From the NCBI GenBank assembly GCA_949358305.1, contig OX442314.1:27900001-27964000 (forward strand): DNA of 64,000 nt, written 5' to 3'. This stretch comes from Strigamia acuminata (lineage: Eukaryota). The position numbers and the translations under genes are program-made. How positions within the stretch are numbered: position 1 is the stretch's first letter; each line of letters opens with the position of its first letter. Under the pieces are notes generated by a model. That model had not been told where the DNA came from. It saw only the letters and a program-made list of their open reading frames with translations, and did no database searches. Shown here in pieces: positions 60,914 through 64,000 of this stretch.

Positions 60914-61544
60914 TGTCGTGATTCGACTTTGTGGTTAAAGATAATAAATAATACACTCGGGAATACAATATATTTCAAATACTGCTTTATTAAAACACGC
61001 TTACTAATACAAATATAAGTCAAGATGTTTCCTGTGTTGGTCCTCGGATTCGGCTGCGAATACGAGTTGCCGCTAAACAATGGCGGATCCAATTGTTTAG
61101 TCCTACGCGTGGTCTATGTTTGTTGTCTAGGGTATTTCCACGTGTTATTATGAACACGCGAGAATTCGCTTTCTCGTGCGAATTAAACGAATATCGTTCG
61201 AATATTTATTCTAGCGTAGATTGGCTACGCTAAATAAATGTGGCTGTTGTACAGTTGAAATGGTCAGCGGGCACCGGTCCTCGATCAATCCGTGAAACGG
61301 CCTGAAAGGTGAGGTAAATGGTGCTCTTGCTGAAATGTGGTAACTGTAGTGTCGTTTCCGGTCAAGCATTGGCTATATATATTAACCGGAAATGACGTCA
61401 TATGCAAATCCTTCTGATTATGCAGGTTCGCAGAAACACGCGACTAGTCAGTCTAGTCGGTATTTCTAGCGCGCTCTAGTGGCGAGTATTAGTAACACAA
61501 TAATCACCGCTAATTACTTCTTCAGGTGATGCTGAATCACCACA
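60914..61544 (-). repeat. 5' LTR of the Gypsy element
   Basis: Contains a TATA-like tatatata at about 61374-61381, an ETS/CRE/octamer block ccggaaatgacgtcatatgcaaat just upstream on the minus strand, and minus-strand AATAAA at about 60991-60986. Confidence 0.97.
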
Positions 61545-62189
61545 GGTCAGCGTGGGATCCAGAGATAAAAGGGAAGAAAAATACTGAATAAAAATAAGAA
61601 GAAGCATTGATCTTGTAACCATCGGAGATCTAACTTAAGTTACCGGTATGTACTGGGAATTGAAGTGCAACAAACAAAATTGGGCTCTTTTGGACCGAGT
61701 CTTCTGTAAGGTCCGAACTTGCTAATCCCTGAAGTGACTTGCAAGTCCATGGATTCTGGTGTCCGATTAGCTGTCACTAATCCTTATTGTTCTCCAAATG
61801 AGTAGACTAACATTTCAAACCTTTTTTTCTCAAAACGTTTCAGTAGGAGATAATTTTTTTAAGAACAGTTCTAGACTAATTAGATGGTGCTCTACAACTT
61901 TGTAATTGAAAATTTTTCTCTAACCTGATTGGTTTAGAAGTTAGCAAGTGAATGACCTTCAAAATGGCCTTCAAGGTCAAATTTGATGACATCATTGGTT
62001 TGCTCTCACCCATACGATCGCTTTATCAAAGTTTGCCTAGATGCAATTGCTCACGAAATATTTAGGGTGGTTCAGACTTTTGAGACATCTTTGCTTTTTG
62101 TTTGTTTCTTTGATCTTCACTAAGCCCGATAGCTGACATTCTGATCTGTCGCTGTCAATATATTGCTCATAAATGGGCTGATGCGGCAA

Positions 62190-63080
62190 GTAAACCCGTG
62201 CAATAATAATAAATACCGGTTCTTGGTCACGCGACCATCTAATCGTTACGGCTGTGAGGCGGATGAAGACCTAAAAACCTCCCGCAATGATCACGGATTA
62301 TTGTGATTGTCCCTGCCTATATAAGACCGTCTATATGGGAAGATGTACCCGCCAACAAATTCCGGGTGTGGACTGTGGATCAGCGCAATAAAATCCACCG
62401 TCACGGCTCTGAGGCAAATGAAGGTGTCAAAACCTCCCGCGATGATTGTGGATCATCATCAATTATCCCTGCCAAAATTACTAATCCCTAACCTTTTGAT
62501 TGCATTTTTCGTAGTATTTAGCTATGTTTCGATCTCGTACGACTATTTGTTTGAACGATTGTTTAAATCTCAGTGAATGCGGAGAATTATCCGCTTTCTT
62601 GCTATGTGGCTGTTTGACCATGTAACGTTGTTGTTGTTGATACACCCGGGAATAAGCCACGACCATTTGAACATTGGAAAAAGAAACATCGCTCATTTAA
62701 TCATCCATTTGTATACAGTTTGTGTTGTCAATGACAACAGCGCTCACACAATAAAGGTCTTTTGACTCTTTAATCAAACAATCAATCAATTATCTATCTG
62801 TTTAAATCCACTCACAGTTGTGACAATGCCGCGAAGCCTGCCCTAATCCTCAGCCCGTCCGGACACTCAACCAGTAGATGCGACCCGTTTTACACAAGAT
62901 TAGACCCGGAATCCTAGTTGTTTAACTAAAAAATGTAAACCTGTAATATTAGTCTTATTCTACAACAATTCACTTACTTCACAGACTTTGCATATCTCAC
63001 GTAGGTTATTGTTTAAGTAGCAATGTTGTCTTTATCTCTTTGGTAATGTAATATTACCATAAAAGGATAGAATCATCACA
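62190..63080. mobile_element. Diverged relative of the 39.7-41.1 kb solo LTR (5' boundary not resolved)
   Basis: Shares collinear blocks ggtgtcaaaacctcccgcgatg, ttgcattttt, gtgac.atgccgc.aag and ctcaaccagt, and the end tagaatc(g/a)tcaca. Confidence 0.75.
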
Positions 63081-63605
63081 AGTTTTCCGAATAAGTGTCT
63101 TTTATTCTGAAAAACTAGTTTATTTACTACATGATCAGTTTTCCAGAAAAGTAAAATTTGCATTTTCACTATCTACAAGTAAACATGGTAATTGACACAC
63201 TTTTTTGATTGCTTGTTACCTTTAGTCGATAAAATGAGCTTGACATTTATTAATTCATTTAAATGGTATTTTATGGTTCTCAGTCACGACATATTTGTGG
63301 GATCAACGTACGGGAAGTTAATAAACACATAAAGTTAAGTTTATTTGCGTCGAATAGTTGCCAACGCAAATCAACAAACTAAGAATAACAAATAATAGTG
63401 GAATGATCTCGTTTAAATGGTGTGGTCGTCCCCTTCTCATGTCTGGTGAGCCTAAATATCTTAATCTTCAGAAAGCGACCACCAATTAGTCGGACATATT
63501 GACACAATCACCATTAAGTGTATCAATTTGATCGTATCTCTAGCACTTATCACAATTGATATAACAAAACCATAGTTCACTGAACTGTACGTAATTTTTA
63601 TTTGC

Positions 63606-64000
63606 ATGATGAACATTTCAAAAATACTTTTCTTCTACTTATTTTCTGGATCCATAAACATTTCAAACGGTAATATGTTAGAAGAAATTTTTTCTTTTTA
63701 ACTTCTAATGTATGCAAAGTGTATGTCTATTCATCTTTTCTATAAGCAGGAAAAAACAATCTGTCAGATAAATTTTCCTTTTCTGATTGTAATAATCAAC
63801 TCAATTCTCAATTATCTAATTTTGTACAAATCACGAATTCAAGGCGAATAATAATCATTTATCCAGACGATTACGGTAACTAAATTCCAAATTTAATTTT
63901 TTTTTATTTTTATTTTTCTAAATACCACTTTTTAAAATTTTAGCTCCTTACTGTTTATTGAAATTGATCCATTCCAACTGGACTGAATACATTGAAATAT
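63606..64000 (+). CDS. 5' end of a second ionotropic receptor paralogue (runs off the window)
   Basis: Exons 63606-63669, about 63747-63875 and 63943 onward are close paralogues of the first IR's exons 1-3 (MMNISKILFFYLFSGSINISN vs MMHISGIFIFYLFSGCINIST). Confidence 0.8.

Larger units (their letters stand above)
49783..61544 (-). mobile_element. Full-length, very young Ty3/Gypsy LTR retrotransposon with gag, pol and an extra spliced ORF
   Basis: 631-bp LTRs at 49783-50413 and 60914-61544 (TG...CA; no differences seen by eye). TSD GGTC at 49779-49782 and 61545-61548. PBS at 60911-60894 and PPT ggggagggacg at 50424-50414. ORFs are intact. Confidence 0.98.

Overview
Eukaryotic DNA from a protostome invertebrate, probably an ecdysozoan. 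This is inferred from short introns of about 55 bp, divergent ionotropic receptors and a myosuppressin-type GPCR. Left half: a small multi-exon gene with repeated Mn-like (SAXO/MAP6-type) motifs, then about 28 kb with no host coding exons I can detect. That stretch is rich in homeodomain sites and minisatellites, holds a decayed Mag-like Gypsy element, and lies 3' of an intact two-exon Gbx/unplugged homeobox gene. Right half: a Gly/Thr/Ala low-complexity spliced gene, a myosuppressin-receptor-like pseudogene, and a three-layer transposon nest (MITE > DIRS1-type tyrosine-recombinase retroelement > Gypsy solo LTR). Next come an apparently intact divergent ionotropic receptor gene, a copia relic interrupted by a very young full-length 11.8-kb Ty3/Gypsy element, and the start of a second receptor paralogue. 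The most unusual feature is that the young Gypsy element carries a third, non-Env, roughly 946-aa gene after pol, with its own sense-strand spliceosomal intron and promoter-like motifs. Exon boundaries were derived by eye and no database searches were run.
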